Assembly (NCBI GenBank): GCA_964016885.1
Contig: OZ024743.1
Location: forward strand, 378,324,001-378,388,000
From: Eledone cirrhosa
Taxonomy: Eukaryota
DNA: 64,000 nt
Reading direction: 5' to 3'
Shown: positions 22,750 through 38,720 of the stretch, one piece after another
Numbering within the stretch: position 1 is the first letter of the stretch
How the letters are laid out: the number at the start of each line of letters is the position of its first letter
Translations under genes and position numbers: made by a program
The notes under the pieces: generated by a model
What the model was told of the DNA's origin: nothing
What the model saw: the letters and a program-made list of their open reading frames with translations, nothing else
Databases searched by the model: none

Positions 22750-24515
22750 GTCTGACATTGTTATATATTGGGTTTAAAGTTTTGGAAGGAGTGTCGGAAG
22801 CGGTGTTGGCAAGATGCGAACACTTCTGATTTTTTATTAAGGAGGTTATGGTTTGAGAAGATGATAGTATGGGTCTCTAGTAGACAGAGGTTACAAAATT
22901 TATTAGGTGGTTTGTACGATGTCGCATTACCTATCACTTGCCATTTAAGTGTATATGGTTTATTTTTAGTTTTTAGATAGTGTATGTAGTAGATAGTGAA
23001 GTGGAGTTGGCTAGACTGTGTTTTTTGAAAGAGTGGAGGTGCGAATTGTATCTGGTTTTGAAGTAGAGCCTATATAGGTTTCAGAAGAGTTGTTAGTTGT
23101 GACTGTGCATGAGTATATGATGTCCTTGATTAAGCATTTTTTATCTAAAGGGCAGGTTCTATTTGATCTACAGTTACAATTATTTTGGATGTTAGCCTGC
23201 CGGTTATTATGTTGTGTAGAAGTCTGGATGGTAGCTATAGGGTTGTGGTTATGTGGGTTGTCGTTCCCAGCGTTATTGTTTACACTAGTGCTATTACTAT
23301 TATTTCTATTGATATTATGGTTAGTTGCTATAATGTTATTTTGAAGGTTTATCATCTGTTGTGATATAGTTTGCTGGAAGTAAGAGTTAATTTTTCTTTT
23401 ATTGCTACTAGCTATGTGGTATGCTAAGTTAGGCGTAGTAGAGTAGGAGATTTTAATAGTGTTTTTATTTAAAAGGCTATGGTACTTGTGGCCGGATGGG
23501 AAGTTTTTATCTAGTAGTGAGAAAAAAGCCCTAGGTAGGTTGGTAGAGACGTTTAGATTGAAAGGAGGGTTGAAAAATGTATTATTTCTTCTTCTATTTT
23601 TGTTTTTTATGTCTGGTGAGTTGTTTCCTTTTATGGTACTATGGTAATTTCTGTGGTGTGGGTTACTTTTGTTGGCATCCTCCATATTCGTGTGTGTGTG
23701 GTTGTTATTCCTATTACTAAATTTCCTCATGGACATGTGCAAAATAATGTTGTAGCTATGTGTTTTTGTAGGTAGGAACTCGATCTCTATATTATGGCCT
23801 GATCTAGCTAATGCCTGATTATAATATTGCGAGTTTTTGCTAAATATGTTTACGTCATAGGATAGATTAGAGATTCTATTAGATACTCCCTTAGAGATAG
23901 AGTTTAATATAGATCTAGGGTGGTTAGACTTGGTATCTACGTAAATGAGTTTTTCATTAGGTTTGTGGAAAGGTGCATATATCATTGAGTCTAGGTAGAG
24001 TGTGACGTCCAGGAAGTTAACGTTTTTAGTGTTTTTGTCCATGGTAATACTAAGGTTATAGTTTTTGAATGTCTTGTGCAATAGTTTTCTAGTTCTTTCT
24101 ATATTGAATTTTTTATAATCTATAAGTAGAAGTGCATCATCATGGTACAAACCACTGTTGAGGTATGGAAGGTCCTTATGGATTTCGTTAAGTAAATATA
24201 GGCCGACTAAATCAGTGACCTGCGCCGAGTCACTAGATCCCATGGTTATGTCGAAGTTGTTTTGTGTATCTTTGTGGGTCCATAATTGGTCTTCAAAGGT
24301 GATTACTGTTTTACGGGCCGCAAGTATGACATCAATCTGGGGTCTAGTCAGGTCACTATTGTCCATGGCCATGATAAGTGCCTTATTTAATAGGATAGGG
24401 GAAATAGAGGTGTAGTATGAATTGATATCAAATTGAATAAATTTTTTATCCTTGTTATCCTTGATATCTTTGAACCATTCAATCACTTCACCCGTATTTC
24501 CCCATTGTTTAAGGT
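22750..24515 (-). pseudogene. Penelope RT and GIY-YIG endonuclease, frameshifted near 23060
   Basis: FDINSYYTSI, ITMGS, LYHDD, VNFLDVTL, SNHP, FNPPF, CNCRSNRTC, IIY...YIG; the shifted frame gives CNLCLLE...LNKKSE...CQH. Confidence 0.88.
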
Positions 24516-24738
24516 ATATCTTGTATCTTCGTATCTTTTATCTTCGTAAACTGCCAATGTTTTATTTTAATTTTAATTTTAATTTTGTCCTTTAATATGA
24601 CTGTAATCTTTGTATGTAAATTGCCATACTATATTATTATAATGGATGTCAATCCACTGTGGGTCAATATATACATATGTTTCTATATGTCTCTTGTGTT
24701 GAAAAGGAGGTCAAGTATGTAAAAAAATCACTGAATAA

Positions 24739-24787
24739 TTGCTCCGAAGACTCCAAACCTCGGTTTGGAAGAAACAATTGTAAGCAA
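24739..24787 (+). ncRNA. Hammerhead motif in the inverted 5' pLTR
   Basis: Reverse-complement copy of 21237-21285. Confidence 0.6.
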
Positions 24788-24824
24788 ATAAATGATTTAA
24801 ACAGAACTTTGATTCATGTAATTT

Positions 24825-24907
24825 CTATATGTATGTATATATATATGTATGTTTATATATATGTATATATATATGTATGTATGTATATATATATATATGT
24901 ATGTATG

Positions 24908-24962
<55 letters not shown>

Positions 24963-24977
24963 GTATATATATATATG

Positions 24978-25008
<31 letters not shown>

Positions 25009-25088
25009 GTATATATATGTATATATATATGTATATATATATATATGTATATATATATATGTATATATATATATGTATATATATATGT

Positions 25089-25128
<40 letters not shown>

Positions 25129-25144
25129 GTATATATATATATGT

Positions 25145-25185
<41 letters not shown>

Positions 25186-25199
25186 TGTATATATATATG

Positions 25200-25231
<32 letters not shown>

Positions 25232-25232
25232 T
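24825..25232. repeat. (TA)nTG microsatellite array
   Basis: Seen directly in the sequence. Confidence 0.98.
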
Positions 25233-25630
25233 TTCGTTTCTGAATTTGTTTAGCAAGATTCTTTATCTGAAATCGTGTGTTGAAACCGATATTGTTATAC
25301 TTTGGGAGGGTCATGTTGCCAATAAGAAACACACGCACCAGTTGCTTTCACTTCAATTTAATTTATTATATATTTATAAATTTACAAATTTATAAATTTC
25401 TGGTTGGTTGGTTGGTTCCACAACCAGATAGTTGTTTATATATATATAGTCATAGTTCTTTCGTCACACACTCTGTGACCTCTTCAGTGACTGGGGATTT
25501 CTTTCTTCGTTTCTGTGCCTTTCCTTTCTTCTATCCTACGCCATTTTGTTTGTGTGTGGGTTGCGTGCTCAGTTTGCGCATGCGCCACATCCGGGTGTCT
25601 GTGTGTGTTTGTGTTCATTTTTCTATTTTT
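25232..25630 (-). mobile_element. Penelope-like pLTR remnant flanked by (TA)n
   Basis: Homologous to 12691-13184; hammerhead at 25449-25491. Confidence 0.7.
25449..25491 (-). ncRNA. Minimal type I hammerhead motif
   Basis: gtca-CTGAAGA-ggtcacagagtgtgtgac-GAAAG-aa-CTA-tgac. Confidence 0.65.
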
Positions 25631-25706
25631 CATGTATATATATATATGTATATATATATATGTATATATGTATATATATATATGTATATATGTATATATA
25701 TATATG

Positions 25707-25801
<95 letters not shown>

Positions 25802-25816
25802 GTATATATATATATG

Positions 25817-25848
<32 letters not shown>

Positions 25849-25852
25849 TATA

Positions 25853-28800
25853 TTTTTTGTTATCTATTTAAGGTTTAAATACGGTGTTTTTGTCGTATTG
25901 AACAGAACAAATCTTGCAGTTTTGCTTTTTGTTAAATCGCTTGTTAAACATTCATAACCTTCCAGCTAGCTACCCCACACCCCTCCCTCCCGCCCCCACA
26001 CACCACCATACTTAATACGTGGACCAATCATAAGCCAGAGCCCCCCCCCCACGCATCACCATCATTATTATAAGCCAGAGCCCCCCACCCCCACGCATCA
26101 CCATTATTATTATTACGCGGACCAAATCATAAGCCAGAGGCCTATACTATCGCTTGCCCGGTTGCCTTCGATATATGATGGATGGATGGATGGACGGACG
26201 GACTGCGGAATCCTGGAGAGTGGAAGGGAGAGAAAAATCTGGACGCTCAGAGCGAAAATGCCAAAGTTAAAGTCAAATTCACCTCGTGGACGAGAATGCG
26301 AGCACTCCTCTTTGTTTCGTCCGCGGATGGCTAACATAACCCTATCTCCTCCCGCCCCCCACCACCCCCACCCTCCAAACGCAACCCAAAACTTCAGAGT
26401 TGGTACCATAAATGTAGGCACCCTAAAGGGTCGCGCTAACGAGGTTGTAGAATGCTTGAACGTAAGGAGGTCGATGTTTGTTGTATTCAAGAGACCAGGT
26501 GGAGGGGTGGGTCTGCTAGATTCATTGAGGATAAAAAACGATGTTATAAGCTTTTCTGGGTGGGAAACGACGATGGGCTGGGTGGAGTAGGAATCATGGT
26601 AGCAGAAAAGTGGGCAGATAAGATAATAGACGTAAATAGAGTGAACGACAGAATAATTAAAATAAGACTTGTCCTCAATAGAACTACGGTGACAGTAATA
26701 TCTGCGTACGCACCCCAATCCGGACTGCCCGGCACTATAAAAGACAGATTCTATGAGACACTGTTGCTAACTACCTCCCAAATATCTGACAGTGACTATA
26801 TAATTATTGCAGGCGACCTAAATGGTCACGTTGGACAACATTGTGACGGCTACGACGAAATCCATGGAGGCTATGGGTTTGGTACTAGAAATGAGGAAGG
26901 CTCCAGAATCCTGGAATACTGTGATGCAAATAACCTAACTATCTGTAACACTAACTTCAAAAAACGTGACAATCACCTGATCACCTATAGATCCGGGGAA
27001 CACACAAGCCAGGTAGATTATATCCTTACCAGAAGACGTGACAGAGTGTCTGTTGTAAACACTAAATCCCTCCCCCATGAAGAATGCACCTCCCAACATA
27101 GACTGATAATTAGCGACCTCATAGTCAGGACGAGACGTACTCGACAGCAGAAGAGGACTATCCTCAGGAGGAAAATATGGAAACTAAAGGACCCCACAGC
27201 CAGAAATAAATTTCAAAGCATATTACTTGATGCTTTCGACAGTAAGGAAGAGCATCTAGAATCGGACAATATAGAGGGACAGTGGGAATTTCTGAAAGCA
27301 AACCTGCTGTTGGCGACAGACGAAGTCTGTGGCTGGAGCAGGCCTGTAGGTAGGAGGAGAGTAACATGGTGGTGGAACAGTAGGGTGGAGGGGTCAATTA
27401 AGGCCAAAAAGCAGGCTTGGAAAGTATGGCGGGATGGGGGAAGTAGAGTAGACTATCAAGTGGCCAGGAGGGAAGCTAGGAGAGAAGTGTACTTAGCAAG
27501 AAGGGAAGCTGAGGAAAGAAAGTTCAAGCATGTTCTACAACGCGATGACCAAAAACGTGAGGTGTTCAGGATTGCCAGGCAATGCGTCAAGGAAAACCGT
27601 GATATTGTCGGGGAGAAGTGTGTACTTAATGATGATGGCATACTTGCCATCACCGACACTGATAAGAAGGTAGCTTGGAAGTGTCACTATGAAAGGCTAC
27701 TAAATGAGGAGAATAAATGGGAGAAAGACAGTCTCCCCCATATCGACCCGATAGAGGGACCAGCAGTGTTAGTCAAGGGGAGTGTAATAAGTAAGGCAAT
27801 CAAGGATATGAAGACTGGTAAGGCGGCTGGGCCTTCGGAAATAGTTGCTGAGATGCTGAAGGCATCTGGCACGGTGGGACACACCATGGTCACCCGCATA
27901 GTTAACCAAGTCGTACAGAATGGGGTTGTTCCGAAGGACTGGCATAGCAGCATCATCGTTAACTGTTATAAGGGTAAAGGAGACGCCCTAGATAGGAGTA
28001 ACTATAGAGGCATTAAATTAATCGACCAGGTCATGAAGGTCACGGAAAAAGTAATAGCGCAACTAATCAGAGAGAGAATTGATCTAGATGAAATGCAGTT
28101 CGGGTTTGTGTCAGGCAAAAGCACCACAGACGCTCTTTTCATAGTACGACAACTACAGGAGAAGTACCTAGCTAAAGGTAAACCCCTCTACTTAGCTTTT
28201 GTCGACCTGGAGAAAGCCTTCGACAGAGTCCCCGCTCCATTATCTGGTGGGCTCTTAGAAAACTAGGCGTTGACGAATGGCTTGTGAGGGCTATACAAGC
28301 CATGTATAAAGAAACAGTCAGCAAGGTTAGAATTAACAACGAATATAGTGAAGAGTTTAGCGTAAAAGTTGGCGTCCATCAGGGCTCTGTTCTCAGCCCC
28401 CTACTATTTATTATTGCCCTTCAGGCTATAACAGAGGAGTTCAAGACAGGCTGCCCATGGGAACTCCTATACGCAGACGACCTGACACTCATAGCGGAAT
28501 CAATGGCCGAGCTAGAGAAGAAATTCCAAACATGGAAGCACGGCCTAGAGTCAAAAGGACTTAAAATTAACCTGGCTAAGACCAAAGTTCTAGTTTGTAG
28601 GAAAGAAAACAAGGCGGCGGTCCCTTCTGGGAAATGGTCGTGCTCGGTATGTAGGAAAGGCGTAGGTAGAAACTCCATCTTATGTCCTAAATGCAAAGTA
28701 TGGGTGCATAAAAGATGTAGTGGGATCACAGGTAAGCTAACTAAGAACATAGACTTTACATGTGGCCGGTGTTCTGGTGCAATAAGTAGCAGCAAGTGCC

Positions 28801-29794
28801 CACAAAATACTAGCTCTTTCAATTGCGCAGAGGGTTCTATAGAAATAGTGGACAGCTTCCGTTACCTGGGCGATAAAATCAGCAGTGGGGGAGGGTGCTC
28901 TGAAAGTACTGTAGCTAGAGTCAGAACTGGTTGGAAAAAGTTCAGAGAGCTTATACCACTATTAGCTGCTAAAGGGTTCTCCCTAAAAATGAAAGGCAGG
29001 TTGTACGATGCCTGCATACGAACAGCAATGTTGCATGGTAGTGAGACCTGGGCATTGTGTGCAGAGGATATACGCAGACTAGAGAGGAACGAAGCTTGCA
29101 TGCTCCGCTGGATGTGTAACAGTAATATACGTGAACGGCAAAGCATAAACGAACTAAGGAAAAAATTAGAGATAAGAGGGATCAGATGTTGTTTACTCGA
29201 GAGAAGGCTGCGTTGGTATGGACACGTGATGCGCATGAAAGTCGATAGCTGTATTACAAAGTGCAGGGCAATAAAGATAGACGGTAGCCACGGAATAGGC
29301 AGACCTAGAAAAACATGGGATGAGCTGATAAACTCCGACCTCACACACTTACACCTCTCCAAGACAATGTCACTGGACCGTGACCTTTGGCGGTACTCAG
29401 TAACAGAGAAGACCCGCCTTGCCAGTAGGCATCTCTAACAAAATACACCCCATCCCGCCACCACCCCCACCCCATCCACACCACCCCGTTCTATGTAAAG
29501 TTATGTTGGTGCCGCGCCATCCAGGCCGAAACAAATGAGATCGTGTAGGTGTCACGACAAAAAAACACACAGTCCACGCTGTAATGTGGCCGTGTAGGCA
29601 ACACGGTAAAAACCTCCCAGACCCACACTGTAAATGTGGTTGGTGTTAGGAAGGGCATCCAACTGTAGAAAACATGCCAGACAGTCCTATGCGAGCAAGA
29701 CAATCACTCTTGCCTCAAGTGGGACTACCCCCGTCCAAACCCATGCAAGCGTGGAACACGGACGTTAAACGTTGATGATGATGATGATGATGAT
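25853..29794 (+). mobile_element. RTE LINE family A, near full-length with two 1-bp frameshifts
   Basis: ORFs 26452-28266 and 28284-29438; frameshifts near 26450 and 28232; (GAT)n tail. Confidence 0.95.
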
Positions 29795-29817
29795 ATATAT
29801 ATGTATATATATATATG

Positions 29818-29882
<65 letters not shown>

Positions 29883-29897
29883 GTATATATATATATG

Positions 29898-29978
<81 letters not shown>

Positions 29979-29993
29979 GTATATATATATATG

Positions 29994-30024
<31 letters not shown>

Positions 30025-30053
30025 GTATATATATATATGTATATATATATATG

Positions 30054-30084
<31 letters not shown>

Positions 30085-30191
30085 GTATATATATATATGT
30101 ATATATATATATGTATATATATATATGTATATATATATATGTATATATATGTATATATATATATGTATATATATATATGTATATATATATG

Positions 30192-30236
<45 letters not shown>

Positions 30237-30265
30237 GTATGTATATATATATATATATGTATGTA
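29794..30265. repeat. (TA)nTG array
   Basis: Seen directly in the sequence. Confidence 0.98.
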
Positions 30266-30876
30266 TGTCAGGTCACCAGTTGGTGCTACTGGTAACATGT
30301 ATCCCAGTACAACCTGTCTCATGGTCGGGTCGTTGGCGACTAAACTGGCAACCCCACCAAGTTTTCTTGGTGAGGAGGGTGACTTTGGACATCCTGCGGG
30401 ACTAAAAACAAAACCTGTCAAAGGGCAAAGGAGCTCTTAAGAGTCAATGGCCATCCAAAATCACCGGGAGAGATGACCCCTTAGCCTTTGTCAAGGCAGA
30501 ATTCTAGGAGAAGGAAAACTCTGATATAACACCTGCAACTCTGATGGTATCCAATGATGTTGACTTGTTCTTCTTTTTGGTAAATATCATCTTGGTTAAG
30601 AGAGTGGGACTGGCTTTGTGCAGTGCCTTTACTCACTATAAAAGCTTCACGGCACAGGCATTGCTTTATATCTGGAGATCTCTCTGCACTTGTCGTCACA
30701 TGGTACCATGGGCCCAGCACTATGTGTCAATAATTGTCACAAGTGTAGTGTTTGTACCAGAGTTTTCAAGTCGCTGGCTGGACTAAAAAGTCACACTTGT
30801 TTAGCGCATCGGTAGGGGTTCTCCTACATGGATATAAAGTAGTGGCCGTACTCGAAAACGAGTTGGCAGCCACCAT
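30264..30876 (+). mobile_element. Bipartite non-autonomous RTE-derived element (5' UTR joined to a C2H2-finger-coding 3' end)
   Basis: CTAGGAGAAGGAAAACTCTGA, an RTE 5'-UTR-like motif; 30738-30815 encodes [25 protein letters not shown]; terminal hairpin ACTCGAAAACGAGT. Confidence 0.6.
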
Positions 30877-31023
30877 GTATATATGTATATATATATGTAT
30901 GTATGTGTATGTATGTATGTATGTATATGTATGTGTATATGTGTATATGTATGTATGTATATGTATGTATGTATGTGTGTATATGTATGTATGTATATGT
31001 GTATGTATATATATGTATGTATG

Positions 31024-31055
<32 letters not shown>

Positions 31056-32003
31056 TGTATGTATATGTATGTATGTATGTGTGTATGTATGTATGTATAT
31101 GTATGTATGTATGTATGTATATATGTGTATGCATGTATGTATATGTGTGTATGTATGTATATGTGTGTATGTATATGTATGTATGTGTATGTATGTATAT
31201 GTATATATGTATGTATATGTATGTATGTATATGTATGTGTATGTGTATGTATATGTATATATGTATGTATATGTATGTATGTATGTGTGTATATGTGTAT
31301 ATATATATATGTATGTATGTGTATGTGTGTATGTATATGTGTGTATATATGTATATATATGTGTGTATATGTGTATATATATATATGTATATGTATGTAT
31401 GTATATGTGTATATATGTATGTATGTATGTGTATGTATGTATGTGTATATATGTATGTATGAGGTATGTATATGTGTATGTGTATGTATATGTATGTATA
31501 TATATATGTGTATGTATATGTATGTATATATATATATATATGTATGTATATGTGTATGTATGTGTATATGTATGTATATGTGTGTGTATATGTGTATATA
31601 TGTATGTGTATATATGTGTATGTGTGTGTATATGTATGTATGTATATGTATATGTATGTATGTATGTATGTGTATATATGTGTATGTATGTATATGTATG
31701 TATGTATATGTATGTATGTATATGTATGTATGTATGTGTATGTGTGTATGTATGTATATGTGTATATGTATGTATGTATGTATATGTATATATGTGTATA
31801 TGTATGTATGTGTGTATGTATATATGTATATGTATGTATATGTGTATATGTATGTATATATGTATGTATATGTATATATGTATGTATATGTATGTATGTA
31901 TGTATATGTGTATGTATATGTGTGTATGTATGTATATGTATATGTGTATCTATGTATGCATATGTGTGTATATGTATATGTATGTATATGTATATGTGTA
32001 TGT
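30876..32003. repeat. (TATG/TG/TA)n compound microsatellite
   Basis: Seen directly in the sequence. Confidence 0.98.
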
Positions 32004-32004
32004 A

Positions 32005-35087
<3,083 letters not shown>

Positions 35088-35239
35088 AAAACAAAATCCT
35101 TCCCTTCTGCTTCTTATAAATTCCTTTAAATATATATTATGCTACTTCGAAAGTCAAAAATCCCGCTTCTACACCCAGGCACCCTCCATCTAACACTTCA
35201 CGAGGGACGGCGGTCAGCCACCCCAATACCTACATCCAT

Positions 35240-38200
35240 CCATCTCTCTCTCTCTCTCGCTCTCTCTCTCTCCCTCCCCCCTCCCCCTCTCTCTCTCTTA
35301 GCTACATATATATATATATATATAAGATAAAAACTCCCCTTCATGTTCAATCACTTTCGCCCATTCATTGCTGTTCCTACTACGGTGTACCTCATGTAAT
35401 CGTAACGTACACATTTTTCTATCACCATTGTTATTACGTGGACCAATCATAAGCCAGAGCCCCCACGCATCACCATTATTATTATTACGCGGACCAATCA
35501 TAAGCCAGAGGCCTATACTATCGCTTGCCCGGTTGCCTTTCGATATACGATGGATGGATGGATGGACTGCGGAATCCTGGAGAGTGGAAGGGAGAGAAAA
35601 ATCTGGACGCTCAGCGAAAATGCCAAAGTTAAAGACAAATTCACCTCGTGGACGAGAATGCGAGCACCCCTCTTTGTTTCGACCGCGGACGGCTAACATA
35701 ACCCCATCTCCCCCCCGCCCCCCCGCCGCCCCCACCCTCCAAACGCAATCCAAAACTTCAGAGTTGGTACCATAAATGTAGGCACCCTAAAGGGTCGCGC
35801 TAACGAGGTTGTAGAAATGCTTGAACGTAAGGAGGTCGATGTTTGTTGTATTCAAGAGACCAGGTGGAGGGGCGGGTCTGCTAGATTCATTGAGGGTAAA
35901 AAACGATGTTATAAGCTTTTCTGGGTGGGAAACGACGATGGGCTGGGTGGAGTAGGAATCATGGTAGCAGAAAAGTGGGCAGATAAGATAATAGACGTAA
36001 ATAGAGTGAACGACAGAATAATTAAAATACGACTTGTCCTCAATAGAACTACGGTGACAGTAATATCTGCGTACGCACCCCAATCCGGACTGCCCGGCAC
36101 TATAAAAGACAGATTCTATGAGACACTGATGCTAACTACCTCCCAAATATCCGACAGTGACTATATAATTATTGCAGGCGACCTAAATGGTCACATTGGA
36201 CAACATTGTGACGGCTACGACGAAATCCATGGAGGCTATGGGTTTGGTACTAGAAATGAGGAAGGCTCCAGAATCCTGGAATTCTGTGACGCAAATAACC
36301 TAACTATCTGTAACACTAACTTCAAAAAACGTGACAATCACCTGATCACCTATAGATCCGGGGAACACACAAGCCAGGTAGATTATATCCTTACCAGAAG
36401 ACGTGATAGAGTGTCTGTTGTAAACACTAAATCCCTCCCCCATGAAGGCCAAAAAGCAGGCTTGGAAAGTATGGCGGGATGGGGGAAGTAGAGAAGACTA
36501 TCAAGTGGCCAGGAGGGAAGCTAGGAGACAAGTGTACTTAGCAAGAAGGGAAGCAGAGGAAAGAAAGTTCAAGCATGTTCTACAACGCGAGGACCAAAAA
36601 CGTGAGGTGTTCAGGATTGCTAGGCAATGCATCAAGGAAAACCGTGATATTGTCGGGGAGAAGTGTGTACTTAACGATGATGGCACACTTGCCATCACCG
36701 ACGCTGATAAGAAGGTAGCTTGGAAGTGTCACTATGAAAGGCTACTAAATGAGGAGAATAAATGGGAGAAAGACAGTCTCCCCCATATCGACCCAATAGA
36801 GGGACCAGCAGTGTTAGTCGAGGGGAGTATAATAAGTAAGGCAATCAAGGATATGAAGACGGGTAAGGCGGCTGGGCCTTCGGAAATAGTTGCTGAGATG
36901 CTGAAGGCATCTGGCACGGTGGGACACACCATGGTCACCCGCATAGTTAACCAAGTCGTACAGAATGGGGTTGTTCCGAAGGACTGGCATAGCAGCATCA
37001 TCGTTAACTGTTATAAGGGTAAAGGAGACGCCCTAGATAGGAGTAACTATAGAGGCATTAAACTAATCGACCAGGTCATGAAGGTCACGGAAAAAGTAAT
37101 AGCGCAACTAATCAGAGAGAGAATTGACCTAGATGAAATGCAGTTCGGGTTTGTGTCAGGCAAAAGTACCACAGACGCTCTTTTCATTGTACGACAACTA
37201 CAGGAGAAGTACCTAGCTAAAGGTAAACCCCTCTACTTAGCTTTTGTCGACTTGGAGAAAGCCTTCGACAGAGTCCCCCTCTCCATTATCTGGTGGGCTC
37301 TTAGAAAACTAGGCGTTGACGAATGGCTTGTGAGGGCTATACAAGCCATGTATAAAGAAACAGTCAGCAAGGTTAGAATTAACAACGAATATAGTGAAGA
37401 GTTTAGCGTAAAAGTTGGCGTCCATCAGGGCTCTGTTCTCAGCCCCCTACTATTTATTATTGCCCTTCAGGCTATAACAGAGGAGTTCAAGACCGGCTGC
37501 CCATGGGAACTCCTATACGCAGACGACCTGACACTCATAGCTGAATCAATGGCCGAGCTAGAGAAGAAATTCCAAACATGGAAGCACGGCCTAGAATCAA
37601 AAGGACTTAAAATTAGCCTGGCTAAGACTAAAGTTCTAGTTTGTAGGAAAGAAAATAAGGCGGCGGTCCCTTCTGGGAAATGGTCGTGCTCGGTGTGTAG
37701 GAAAGGCGTAGGTAGAAATTCCATTTTATGTCCTAAATGCAAAGTATGGGTGCATAAAAGATGTAGTGGGATCACAGGTAAGCTAACTAAGAACATAGAT
37801 TTTACATGTGGCTGGTGCTCTGGTGCAATAAGTAGCAGCAAGTGCCCACAAAATACTAGCTCTTTCAATTGCGCAGAGGGTTCTATAGAAATAGTGGACA
37901 GCTTCCGTTACCTGGGCGATAAAATCAGCAGTGGGGGAGGGTGCTCTGAAAGTACAGTAGCTAGAGTCAGAACTGGTTGGAAAAAGTTCAGAGAGCTTAT
38001 ACCACTATTAGCTGCTAAAGGGTTCTCCCTAAAAATGAAAGGCAGGTTGTACGATGCCTGCATACGAACAGCAATGTTGCATGGCAGTGAGACCTGGGCA
38101 TTGTGTGCAGAGGATATACGCAGACTAGAGAGGAACGAAGCTTGCATGCTCCGCTGGATGTGTAACAGTAATATACGTGAACGGCAAAGCATAAACGAAC

Positions 38201-38577
38201 TAAGGAAAAAATTAGAAATAAGAGGGATCAGATGTTGTTTACTCGAGAGAAGGCTACGTTGGTATGGTCACGTGATGCGCATCAATGTAAAGTTATGTTG
38301 GTGCCACAACATCCAGGCCGAAACAAATGAGATCGTGTAGGTGTCACGTCAAAAAACACACAGTTCACGCTGTAATGTGGCCGTGTAGGCAACACGGTAA
38401 AAACCTCCCAGCCCCACACTGTAAATGTGGTTGGTGTTAGGAAGGGCATCCAGCTGTAGAAAACCCGCCAGATAGTCCTATGCGAGCAAGATAATCACTC
38501 TTGCCTTAAGTGGGAAAACCCCCGTCCAAACCCATGCAAGCGTGGAACACGGACGTTAAACGTTGATGATGATGATG
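35240..38577 (+). mobile_element. RTE LINE family A with two internal deletions
   Basis: ORFs 35817-36491 and 36442-38340; deletion junctions near 36447 and 38282; (GAT)n tail; 5' boundary approximate. Confidence 0.93.
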
Positions 38578-38720
38578 TATATATATATATATGTATGTAT
38601 ATATATATATGTATATATATATATGTATGTATAAATATATATGTATGTATATGTATGTATATATATATATGTATGTATATATATATGTATATATGTATAT
38701 ATATGTATATATATATATAT

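Larger units (their letters stand above)
21191..24830 (-). mobile_element. Penelope-like element, probably Hydra-type, 5'-truncated with inverted pLTR
   Basis: About 285-bp inverted repeats 21195-21475 / 24540-24830; RT plus C-terminal GIY-YIG; hammerhead motif in the pLTR. Confidence 0.88.
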
